This document shows, in pieces, positions 20,679 through 29,546 of a DNA stretch of 64,000 nucleotides. Both the position numbers and the translations under genes were made by a program. The stretch spans positions 106,315 through 170,314 of the forward strand of contig CAVYXJ010000013.1 of NCBI GenBank assembly GCA_963772455.1. The letters are read 5' to 3'. Within the stretch, counting starts at the first letter, position 1. Every line of letters begins with the position of its first letter. Under the pieces are notes generated by a model, which made no database searches, was not told where the DNA came from, and saw only the letters and a program-made list of their open reading frames with translations. The stretch is from Candidatus Bathyarchaeota archaeon (GTDB taxonomy: Archaea > Thermoproteota > Bathyarchaeia > Bathyarchaeales > Bathycorpusculaceae).

Positions 20679-21492
20679 AATGATAATTCTAATACCAAAA
20701 CGAAAATTTGAGGTTCCCGTTCAAGCAGCTTGCATTAGCCCAGATGTATTCAGGGGTAAAGATATTGCTGAAATAGCAAACATGCCTATAACCGAAGGAA
20801 ATCGTAACTTAAAACTTGGCGACCTCTTCGAAATCCAAGAAGACAAACTTGAAACACCATTCATCACCATTAATGGCGATGTTAGCAAAGTCAAACGAAT
20901 CGGTTCAGCAATGAAAACTGGTGAAATTCTCGTCAACGGTGATGTAGGAATGCATACAGGGGAAAAAATGTCTGGAGGCAAAATCATAGTAAACGGTAAC
21001 ATTGGCGGTTGGTCGGGCAATGACATGAAAGGTGGTCTAATCGAAGTGCATGGAGATGCAGGCGACTACTTAGCTTCCCCATACCGTGGCACTAGTACAG
21101 GTATGAAAGGAGGCGTAATAATTGTTGACGGCAAAGTTGGAAGCGACTCAGGATGCTACTTGCACGGTGGCGTTCTCAAAATCAAGGGTGGAGCAGGTAG
21201 GTTCTTGGGTTACCATATGAGTGACGGGGTAATCTTGGTTGATAAGGCAGTTGATATTCGTCCTGGTGCATGTATGACTGGTGGCAAAATCGTTATCACA
21301 GGCACAGTTGACGAAGTAATGCCAACTTTCACGATCGACAGCGTTAAACCTAAAGTCAAAATTGACGATACAACATCAGCGGCGGGACCATTCTATGTGT
21401 TCCTAGGTGACTTAGCTGAACATGGCACAGGCAAAATATTCGTTTCAAAAGCCAACAATCCACAAATGAAATTCTACGAAAAATACCTTTGA
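20671..21492 (+). CDS. fwdC: Formylmethanofuran dehydrogenase subunit C
   Basis: GXGXG beta-helix repeats (MxGGxI.V.G), YRG..GMKGG, GDLAE.G.G. Confidence 0.94.
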   Translation: MSKMIILIPKRKFEVPVQAACISPDVFRGKDIAEIANMPITEGNRNLKLGDLFEIQEDKLETPFITINGDVSKVKRIGSAMKTGEILVNGDVGMHTGEKMSGGKIIVNGNIGGWSGNDMKGGLIEVHGDAGDYLASPYRGTSTGMKGGVIIVDGKVGSDSGCYLHGGVLKIKGGAGRFLGYHMSDGVILVDKAVDIRPGACMTGGKIVITGTVDEVMPTFTIDSVKPKVKIDDTTSAAGPFYVFLGDLAEHGTGKIFVSKANNPQMKFYEKYL

Positions 21493-21494
21493 AT

Positions 21495-21523
21495 AGGCTA
21501 CTAAAGAATTAGCCTTTTCTTTT
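21495..21523 (+). terminator. Hairpin plus T-tract after fwdC
   Basis: AGGCTA-N9-TAGCCT followed by TTTCTTTT. Confidence 0.5.
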
Positions 21524-21631
21524 ATTTTACTTCATTTTCAAAGCCCAATTATCCCGATGAATTGATCAGTCAAGTGCTAACTTAGCCGAATGCCTTATGA
21601 AGTCGGCTAGATTCAAAACTCACTAAGCAGA

Positions 21632-22426
21632 GTGAATGTTATGCGCCAAGTTGACATGACTAGGCTTGACTTATCCACGGGAAAAGCAGAAAAAACAACT
21701 GATTACGTGGCTGAAGAGGTTCCCCTACAAATCACCATAAACTCAGCCTATGCTTTTGTCATTTGGTGTTCTCCCTCACAATTCAAAGAACTCGCAGTCG
21801 GCTACTTGCTATCTGAGGATATTCTTAGTTCTGTTGATGAAATCCAAGAGTTAATCTCTAACGAAGCAAAGAATAGTTGCCAAATTACGATAAAGGCATG
21901 TGTGGATTTGGATGAACGAATGAAAAATATGCGGCAAAGTACACGCATAATTCCCCTTATAAAAGCAAGCACATCACCCTATCAACATGACCAGAAAATT
22001 CCCACGGTAAAATCCAAACTCACAATTAAAGCACAAACCATACTTGACGCAATCGACCAAATCAACAACTTAGCAAAGGGATTCAAAGAAACAGGTGGAC
22101 TACACGACTCAGCCATCTTCCAAGCAGACGGCAAAATGGTGGCTTTCTCAGAAGATGTCGGCAGACATAACACTGTTGACAAAGTCATAGGTGCGGCTTC
22201 GCTATCAAAAGCTGATTTTAACCAAAGCTTCATGATAATCACAGGGCGAGTACCGGGCGATATGATTTATAAAGCTGCAAAAGTTGGTTTACCCATAGTT
22301 GCTTCAGTAGCAGCGGTTCTCAACTCAGGAATTTCTTCGGCCAAAAAAGCCAATATCACTTTGATTGGATTTGTACGTGGAAAACGAATGAATATTTACA
22401 CTTGCGCAGAAAGGATTACTTGGTAG
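21632..22426 (+). CDS. fdhD: FdhD sulfurtransferase (Mo/W-bisPGD sulfuration)
   Basis: EEVPL, ELAVGYL, TGGLH, EDVGRHNTVDKVIG, TGR, TLIGFVRG. Confidence 0.92.
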   Translation: MNVMRQVDMTRLDLSTGKAEKTTDYVAEEVPLQITINSAYAFVIWCSPSQFKELAVGYLLSEDILSSVDEIQELISNEAKNSCQITIKACVDLDERMKNMRQSTRIIPLIKASTSPYQHDQKIPTVKSKLTIKAQTILDAIDQINNLAKGFKETGGLHDSAIFQADGKMVAFSEDVGRHNTVDKVIGAASLSKADFNQSFMIITGRVPGDMIYKAAKVGLPIVASVAAVLNSGISSAKKANITLIGFVRGKRMNIYTCAERITW

Positions 22427-23704
22427 GTGCCTGCAGTGAATAGACCTGACATTAAAAGATTGCCAAAACGCTCAAACCCAATGGATGCACAAAAGCAACT
22501 TCTTGACGCCGTCCACTCAAACTTAAATCCGAGCGAAATGGTGCAGTTGCAGAAAGCTTTAGGCAGAGTTTTAGCTCAAGATGCTATTTCAACTGTTAAC
22601 ATTCCTAACTACGACAAAACTTTCATTGACGGCTACGCAATCAACTCGCAAGATACTAAGGCAGCCTCAACTACAAAACCTGCAGCCTTCAAAGTTGTCG
22701 GAAAATTATTTCCAGCAGATTACCCAACCGCATTTGAAGCTGCTCATGGTGAAGCAGTTTATGTTGCATGTGGAGCTCCAATACCCAAAGGTGCGGATTC
22801 AACAGTAAAAGTTGAGGAAACAAGGTTAAACGGCGACAAAATCGAAGTTATTCGCGAAATCACTTCAGGCGAAGGCATAATACCGCTTGGAGACGACATG
22901 AAAAAAGGCGATTTAATTCTCAAGAAGGGGCAGGTCCTAAGACCGCAGGATATTGGGGTATTAGCTTCACTGGGGATGATCATTGCTGAAGTTGCTAAAA
23001 AGCCAAAAATCGCCATTATTTCGGGCGGAGACGAACTGATCAAGCAAGCCAGCAAAGACCCAGCCAAAATCGCCAATAATTATGCCCTTGTTGTTGCTGG
23101 TTTGGCTTCCGAATTAGGGGCTGAAGCGGAAATGGTTGGGATAATGGCCGATGATTTTGAAAAAGTTACTGCAAAAATCGCTGAAGAGATTGCGGATTCA
23201 GATATCGTGGTTACAATAGGCGGGACATCAGTTGGGGTGAAAGATTTTGTTCCTGATGCTGTCAATGCGCTTGGCGATCCTGGAGTGGTTGTTCAAGGTG
23301 TTTCGTTAAGGCCAGGTGCAGTTTCAGGCTTCGGAATAGTCTGTGGCAAGCCGGTGATTATGTTGCCCGGGCATATTGGTTCTTGTATAGCTGGGTTCTA
23401 CCTTTTTGTCGCGCCCTTAATTAGCCACTACCTCGGGGATAACGGCGATGGTGTGCTTCCAAAACTGAGCGCTGAGTTAGCTGAAGATCTGGAGACTGGT
23501 CCACAATTTCGATTCCAACTCACCCACCTAAAACAGTTTGAGGGCAAACTGTTAGCTGAACAAGTTGAAGGCGGATCAAGCGCATTAACAACTATCGTCA
23601 AATCAAACGGTTATACTATAGTGCCGCCGCATACGAGACTCGCGAAAGGGAGTCGCGTAGAAGTTTACTTATTTGGCAAACTGGAACTTACTCAAATCAT
23701 TTAA
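22427..23704 (+). CDS. moeA: Molybdopterin molybdotransferase
   Basis: GRVLAQD, DGYA, GAPIPKGAD, SGGDEL, GGTSVG.KD, LPG. Confidence 0.92.
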   Translation: MPAVNRPDIKRLPKRSNPMDAQKQLLDAVHSNLNPSEMVQLQKALGRVLAQDAISTVNIPNYDKTFIDGYAINSQDTKAASTTKPAAFKVVGKLFPADYPTAFEAAHGEAVYVACGAPIPKGADSTVKVEETRLNGDKIEVIREITSGEGIIPLGDDMKKGDLILKKGQVLRPQDIGVLASLGMIIAEVAKKPKIAIISGGDELIKQASKDPAKIANNYALVVAGLASELGAEAEMVGIMADDFEKVTAKIAEEIADSDIVVTIGGTSVGVKDFVPDAVNALGDPGVVVQGVSLRPGAVSGFGIVCGKPVIMLPGHIGSCIAGFYLFVAPLISHYLGDNGDGVLPKLSAELAEDLETGPQFRFQLTHLKQFEGKLLAEQVEGGSSALTTIVKSNGYTIVPPHTRLAKGSRVEVYLFGKLELTQII

Positions 23705-24793
23705 GAAACCTTGGGTGGATACCTGTGAACGTGACCGTCTTTTCCCATAACCCACGATTCACACCATGCCTTATCAGCGAATGCACGTTCAGCCAGAAGC
23801 AGACAACGGTTGCTTTCGAAAATTTTTGACTCGACACGGTAGTTATTTGCAGCTCGTAGATAAGCTTCTTTTCCTGCAAAATCTAACGTCGCAGCCAGTT
23901 CCGATTCCGTTTGTTTTTGTGATAGAGTAAACAAAGCTTCTCCTTGGTTTTCTTCAGCTACCCCGCTCCAAAAAAACGAATCACAAGCTTCCAAGTCGCT
24001 GGCACATTTAGCAAAGGTTTTTTGCGCTTCCAAAAGGTTGTTTTCTTGGAGCAATTTGGCTCCTTTTCTGAGAAGCTGCAAATCAGAAACCGAAAATACG
24101 CCCATGTTTAGGTGTACATTTTCTTTTACTGGTCCATATGAACGGCGGGTTTGCAGACGAGTTAGGTCTTCTTTTGAGTTTATGTTAATGAAGCTCTTTA
24201 GTTCCGGGTCGAGTGCTTTTATTTCGTTTACTGGAGAAATCAGCAAGGTTTTGCTGGCTCCTCGTGGAATATCATCTGAGCGAGGCCGTTTCAGTTGGCA
24301 TAGTGTATCCGTGATTTCTAAACTACTTTGGCGTTCCAAGAACCATTATAAGGGTTTCAAGTCTGCCGTTAGGCCACATTGGAACAACCACATCAGACTC
24401 TTCCGCTTCATTAAACATATATTCAGCAACTTTGGGCTGCAAAAAAGGCATATCGCAAGGCAAAGTTAAGCAATAATCCGCTTGAACAGCTCTTAAACCT
24501 GACATGATTGCCACGTTTGGGCCACTTATGTGGCTAATTTTTTCGTCAATAACAATCCTGACGTTTTTAATGGCATATTGTTCTAAAGTTTTAGTATATT
24601 TCGCTTTTCGTTCCTCATCGTTTACACACACAACGATTTCATCGACAATGTCCTTGACGTTTTCCATAGCGTGGATTAAAAGAGGTTTACCGTTGAGTTC
24701 AGCTAGGGCTTTATCTCGCCAGATTGCATCTATTGTTTGGAATCTGCGAGCTTTTCCCCCTGCCAAAATGAGTGCAGCCCGTTTAGCCATCAC
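23701..24793 (-). CDS. mobA: Molybdenum cofactor guanylyltransferase with C-terminal helical extension (frameshift near 24337)
   Basis: LILAGG..RRF..DKA, LPCDMP, then NINSKEDL in the second frame; one-base removal joins the two ORFs. Confidence 0.85.
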
Positions 24794-24799
24794 GTTTCC

Positions 24800-25372
24800 T
24801 CAGTTAACGGTTTTTGTGCTTGCTTTACCTAATTGTTCTTTTATAAGCGTGATTAGTTTTTGGCCCTCTTCAGGAATCTTGATTATCGGTATATTTCCAT
24901 AAGATGTATTGGTTGCGTTTGTGGCTGCAATACCTGTAATCGCAATGATTGGCTCAACTGTTCCCTGCAACGTTTCTTCGAGTCCTTCTCTGTTTTTCGC
25001 TGTAATAATTTTGGGCACATCAACTCTTTTAGCTATTAAGCTGTGGAAGCCTTCAATGAATACGATATCGAGTTTCTCTTGTTCCAAAAGAGCGATTATT
25101 TGGTTTAAATCGTTGAGTGCCATCTCGGTTTTTTTGATGATGTCTATTTCTTCAGGTGAAATGGCAACAATGACTTTGGAGCCTGCCTTTGCATAACGCC
25201 AAGTGTTGGTTCCTTCTTTATCCATCGTGAAGCCTTTGTGGTGGACATGCTTTATTGAGCCGATTTGGTAGCCTTCAGCTGACAGATGAGAAATAAGGTA
25301 CTCTAAAGTAACTGTTTTTCCTGAACCGCTAACGCCAACAGCGGCTATAACTAAAACCGTAAAGTCGCACAC
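24800..25372 (-). CDS. mobB: Molybdopterin-guanine dinucleotide biosynthesis protein B
   Basis: GVSGSGKT P-loop, IKHVHH, IEGF; exact start uncertain. Confidence 0.88.
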   Translation of the reverse strand: MCDFTVLVIAAVGVSGSGKTVTLEYLISHLSAEGYQIGSIKHVHHKGFTMDKEGTNTWRYAKAGSKVIVAISPEEIDIIKKTEMALNDLNQIIALLEQEKLDIVFIEGFHSLIAKRVDVPKIITAKNREGLEETLQGTVEPIIAITGIAATNATNTSYGNIPIIKIPEEGQKLITLIKEQLGKASTKTVN

Positions 25373-25521
25373 TCCGCATGGAATCAAGTTGCTTGGCTTT
25401 TTATAAATAATGCTCAAGCTGTTTGCTTTCTGCGGTAGTTTTCTTAAAGATAGCGCCAACCGCTGGTTGTCATTAAACCATATATGGCTGTTTTAAGATA
25501 AAAACAGTTCAGGTGTAGTTA

Positions 25522-26032
25522 GTGCCAAAGCTTGTAGCGGTTGTCGGTGGGAAGCATTCTGGAAAAACCACTGTGATTGAGCATTTGATAGTTGAGCTCA
25601 AGCGTCGTGGGTACCGAGTGGGAGCTGTTAAGGAGATGGTTCGGATTCCAACGTTGGATACGCCAGCAACCGAAACCGACAGGTACAGCATTGCAGGAGC
25701 AGAAACGATAGTTGCCGTTCCAAGAGACGAAACTGTGGTTTTCATCAAAAGAAGATTGAACATAGAAGAAATCGTGCCTTTCCTAGAAGGGTTAGATTAT
25801 GTTGTTTTAGAAGGCTTTGAGTCAGAAAAAATGCTTCCTAAAATAATCGCAGCAAAAACCGCTGATGAAGCAAAAAGCTATTATGATCCTCTCTACCATC
25901 GCCGTTTCAGGAATAATAACTGAATCAGACATCGAAACCAAAAAAGCGGCTGCCATAAAAGTTCCAATATTCAATTTGACTGAAACTGAAGCCTTGACTG
26001 ATTTGATTGAGAAAAAAGCTATTGAAATGTAG
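25522..26032 (+). CDS. mobB: Second MobB paralog (frameshift near 25892)
   Basis: GGKHSGKTT, DT.R..AGA, LEGF; one-base removal extends to ..IAVSGII..LIEKKAIEM*. Confidence 0.82.
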
Positions 26033-26033
26033 C

Positions 26034-26538
26034 TTAACGGACTTCGATTGCTACTACGCCTCTGACCCATCTTTGTGCAAATTGATCGCTGCCTATTATG
26101 AGTCGCAGTGGTCCTTCACCATCATCTTTTAGCGCTGTCAAGGGTGAGCCGTTTCTTTGGTAGGCTATGATAGTGTTTTGGTTCATTGCATCTTGGATAC
26201 TTATGGTCGTTCCGTAGCCGTCTGAAGCTTGAATGTATACGGAGGTGGCACTTGTCAAGGATGATGGCTTGGGCAAGTAATTCTGGAAGTTGAACGCCGG
26301 TGTAATTGTAAACACCGTTGTCTGATGGTCTGCTGCTAGACGACAATGTAACTTGTACAGTTGTTGATGGTTGTGTTTTGAGTTGGCTAAGTGTCAGTGT
26401 TGTTGGGTTGTTTACTTTTCCCTTAATCTGTAAGACATCAGTTTGCGTTGTTTCTGGACGCGTATAATAATATAGCGGCACTGCTGCGATAATCAAAAAA
26501 ATAAAGAAGACAAAAACAATTTTTGAGGCTTTCTTCAA
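26034..26538 (-). CDS. Membrane-anchored sulfite-oxidase-fold (Oxidored_molyb) single-domain protein (frameshift near 26265)
   Basis: N-terminal TM, LQIKGKV..P..L, YTGV.L.ELL, ASDGY, NG.PL..GPLRL..WVR.V..IEV; no Cys. Confidence 0.78.
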
Positions 26539-26549
26539 GCAAAAACGCC

Positions 26550-27476
26550 TTAGGTTACTGTAACTCCTGAAACCCACCTAACCCAATATTGACCCCACTT
26601 AAAATCTTCCGTTGGAACAACAAGGCGGTAAGGTTGACCGTTAACAGGTGTTAGGTAAGCGCCGTTTTCTTGGTATCCAATCAAGATACCAAGGTCTTTG
26701 GCTTGCTGGATCGTGTATTCTCGGCTGTAACCGTCAATTGCTAACACAGTGACTTTGCTGGCGCCTTCTGAGACACCGCTGGCTTGCAGAATACTCCAAA
26801 GACTCACACCAGTCCACTCAGAAGTTCTTTGGGGTTCTCCACCTGGAGCAAGCGCTGCCTGCACAGTTATGGGTTCATAATTTGCTAAGTTGTTGCCTGT
26901 TAATACAAGTGGGTTAGAGACTGCCCCTGTAAAGTTGATTGTCCACGGTTGCAAACGGATTTCACTTACGCTTTTAACATTAAAGTTTGATGCTAACCCT
27001 GGAGTTATTAGTTTTAGTGGTCCTTCAGAAATATCAGTTATCCAGTTTCCATTCTTGGCAAACGCCAAAATTATTTCTTCACCTGAATACTGTGTGCTGT
27101 TGTAGGCTTGATAGGTGTTTATTGTTTTGTTGAAGCCATCAGATGCAATTACGTTGATAAAGCCTGCATCCCATGAGGCACCGATGTGGTTGAGAAGCTG
27201 GAGCATTGTTACTCCGATGTAATTGGCTGTTTCGCCTTTAATTGTGCTTGTTACGTTTGTCAAGGGCATCTGGGTAAGGTCATCTATAGTCACGGTTTTT
27301 TCTGATGCAATGTCACCTGTGATTTTGAGTTGAACCTGCGGTGGATTACCACTAGGTAAACCTAAATTGCTTTTTTGAGCTGGACCGCCTGTTAAATAAT
27401 AAATGGATGCTGTTAATGCAATAATAACTACAGCTAATGTTGAAACCGCTAAAACGATTTTTCTGGTTTTATTCAA
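26550..27476 (-). CDS. Membrane-anchored protein with two tandem Oxidored_molyb-like domains
   Basis: N-terminal TM; two repeats of ITG..L..(Y/W)xGV..A.DG(F/Y)..NG..(G/Q)P..L..P; no Cys. Confidence 0.82.
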   Translation of the reverse strand: MNKTRKIVLAVSTLAVVIIALTASIYYLTGGPAQKSNLGLPSGNPPQVQLKITGDIASEKTVTIDDLTQMPLTNVTSTIKGETANYIGVTMLQLLNHIGASWDAGFINVIASDGFNKTINTYQAYNSTQYSGEEIILAFAKNGNWITDISEGPLKLITPGLASNFNVKSVSEIRLQPWTINFTGAVSNPLVLTGNNLANYEPITVQAALAPGGEPQRTSEWTGVSLWSILQASGVSEGASKVTVLAIDGYSREYTIQQAKDLGILIGYQENGAYLTPVNGQPYRLVVPTEDFKWGQYWVRWVSGVTVT

Positions 27477-28044
27477 TTTTTTTTCCTCCGAAACCGATTT
27501 TTCCTACTCTAAATAGAAGCATGTTAGCGATGAATCCTCCAATGCAACCGCTTATTGCTGCAACAACACTCAAAAATGAGAGCACCCCCAAAGGCAAAAA
27601 CAGAACTAATGCTCCCACTGAAATGGTTCCGACAACATTAGCTATTGCTGCGGCACCGATGCAACAGGCTGAACAGCAGGCTTTATGCTTTGAAATCAAA
27701 AAGAAAGCGTCGATTGCTAAGCCAGGGGCAAGATAGATGACAAATGAGAGGAGACCGAAGTTGCCGAATGGAAGCAGCAGACTAATGAAGGCTTGTGTTA
27801 AGGAGACCATTGAGGCAGCCCCGATTTTACGTACAAGACCAAACGCCATTACTGGCCACATCATGTATAATCCTCCGGCTACAGCACCAGTTGGGACGTA
27901 CAGTGGTCCTGTTATAGCGGCGACGAGTGGGTGGATAACATTTTTTGTTGCTAAGCCAAGGCTTGCGAAGAGTGCCATTAGGACTAAGTCTGTGGTAGCG
28001 ATTTTTAGGGTGCCTTTTGCCAAGTTTTGGTGTGGTTGATTCAT
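27469..28044 (-). CDS. ECF-transporter S component
   Basis: About 190 aa, 5-6 TM, TTDLVLMALFASL, VRKIGAA, PGLAID; CCSACC loop. Confidence 0.8.
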   Translation of the reverse strand: MNQPHQNLAKGTLKIATTDLVLMALFASLGLATKNVIHPLVAAITGPLYVPTGAVAGGLYMMWPVMAFGLVRKIGAASMVSLTQAFISLLLPFGNFGLLSFVIYLAPGLAIDAFFLISKHKACCSACCIGAAAIANVVGTISVGALVLFLPLGVLSFLSVVAAISGCIGGFIANMLLFRVGKIGFGGKKIE

Positions 28045-28053
28045 GCAAAACTC

Positions 28054-28077
28054 CGATGTTATCACTTTGTAACATCG
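28054..28077. promoter_or_regulatory. Palindromic operator candidate CGATGTTA-N8-TAACATCG
   Basis: Perfect 8-bp inverted repeat between a minus-strand TATA-like element (about 28079-28087) and ATG 28044. Confidence 0.6.
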
Positions 28078-28118
28078 ATAAAATAAACCTATCGTTAAAA
28101 AAAACAAACAAAACCAAA

Positions 28119-28448
28119 TTATGAAAGTTCCATTACAACGCCATCAAGTTTTAACTGAGCGTTCCGGTATCTTTTCACCAAATCTTTGCCAAAATCCGTA
28201 ACCTCCGAAGAACCACCACCCTTTGCCCCACCGCGAACCCGAGTAACCAAAGACTCACCTAACCTCTCCTCAGCCAAAGTTAGTCTATGCAAAGCATACC
28301 GATAAGACATCTTCAACTCATTAGCAGCCTCTAAAACAGAATGCCGTTTATCAATTTCTTCGAGCAATTCAGCTAAACCATTTCCAAAAACTGCTTCGCC
28401 TTTATCGTTAACCATCCAAAGCTTAATCGCAAAACCTAAAGCGCACAA
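28119..28448 (-). CDS. modE: ModE-family winged-helix regulator (N-terminal domain only)
   Basis: FGNG..ELLEEI..HSV..AA..L.MSYR.A..RGGAKGGGSS.VT. Confidence 0.85.
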   Translation of the reverse strand: MCALGFAIKLWMVNDKGEAVFGNGLAELLEEIDKRHSVLEAANELKMSYRYALHRLTLAEERLGESLVTRVRGGAKGGGSSEVTDFGKDLVKRYRNAQLKLDGVVMELS

Positions 28449-28658
28449 TTGTTGCTCACCGCTTGTAGTTAGGGGAGTTGAAGGGAATTAAGCTTAATGC
28501 CTGTTTTGTGAGATTGATGGTTTCTATTATCTATTTTTTATTGCAGGTTGTTGGAGCGTTGTGTTTAGTAAATCATAACGCTTTTATAAATGTGATATAT
28601 ACAATATATACTGTATATTTTTAACATATTTTGTACAGGTTAAGTGGAGAAGCGGAAA

Positions 28659-29546
28659 ATGGAAAGCAACAAACAAAACCAAGAAAATGCAAATACCTAC
28701 AAAATCCTCCAAAAACAGCAACTAAACCCACAAGTAAAACTTTTAAAAATCCATGCGCCAAACATAGCCCAAAAAGCCCAACCCGGACAATTCGTTATCC
28801 TGAAAGCACACCAAAACAGCGAACGTATTCCCCTAACCTTAGCCTGCTGGGATAAACACGCCGGCACAATTACCCTCATTTTCCAAGAAGTGGGATACTC
28901 AACAATCGAACTGGGCAAACTCGAAATTGGCAACAGAATAGAAAACCTCGCCGGTCCCCTGGGAAAACCCAGTGACATCCAAAGATACGGCAAAGTCGCA
29001 GTTGTATGCGGAGGAGTCGGAACTGCCGTTGCGTATCCAATCGCTAAAGCCCTCAAAGAGGCCAAAAACTGCGTTGTAACCATCATGGGCGCAAGAAACC
29101 AAGACCTCTTCATATTAACTCCCGAAATGATATCCGTGTCAAATGAATTCTACTTCACCACCGACGACGGCGCAAAAGGAACAAAAGGCTTCGTCACAGA
29201 CGTTCTCAAAACCCTGCTCGGAGAAGGCTACAAATTTGACGTTGTCTTCGCGGTCGGTCCTCCAATAATGATGAGTGCAGTCGCCGAAGTCACACGACCT
29301 TTTGGCATAAAAACAATCGTAAGTTTAAACCCCATTATGGTTGACGGCATGGGCATGTGCGGAGCTTGCCGAGTATCAGTCGGCGAAACGATCCAATTTG
29401 CATGTGTAGATGGTCCAGAATTCGACGCCCACAAAGTTAATTTCAGAGAACTCGTTCAGCGGCTCAAGAGTTACTCAACAGAAGAAAAAGTCACCACTCA
29501 ATGTAACGTTTTGGAAGGAGGCAATTGTAAATGTCACAACCAATGA
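28659..29546 (+). CDS. nfnA: NADH-dependent ferredoxin:NADP+ oxidoreductase small subunit (NfnA/SudB)
   Basis: PGQFVIL..ERIPLT, GGVG, MVDGMGMCGACRV..CVDGPEF. Confidence 0.9.
   Translation: MESNKQNQENANTYKILQKQQLNPQVKLLKIHAPNIAQKAQPGQFVILKAHQNSERIPLTLACWDKHAGTITLIFQEVGYSTIELGKLEIGNRIENLAGPLGKPSDIQRYGKVAVVCGGVGTAVAYPIAKALKEAKNCVVTIMGARNQDLFILTPEMISVSNEFYFTTDDGAKGTKGFVTDVLKTLLGEGYKFDVVFAVGPPIMMSAVAEVTRPFGIKTIVSLNPIMVDGMGMCGACRVSVGETIQFACVDGPEFDAHKVNFRELVQRLKSYSTEEKVTTQCNVLEGGNCKCHNQ

Noticed and set aside
21583-21609. GAA-containing hairpin after the fwd operon as an archaeal SECIS
   Set aside because: It lacks the GAA/A bulge followed by a short GC stem, and the fwd genes have no in-frame UGA
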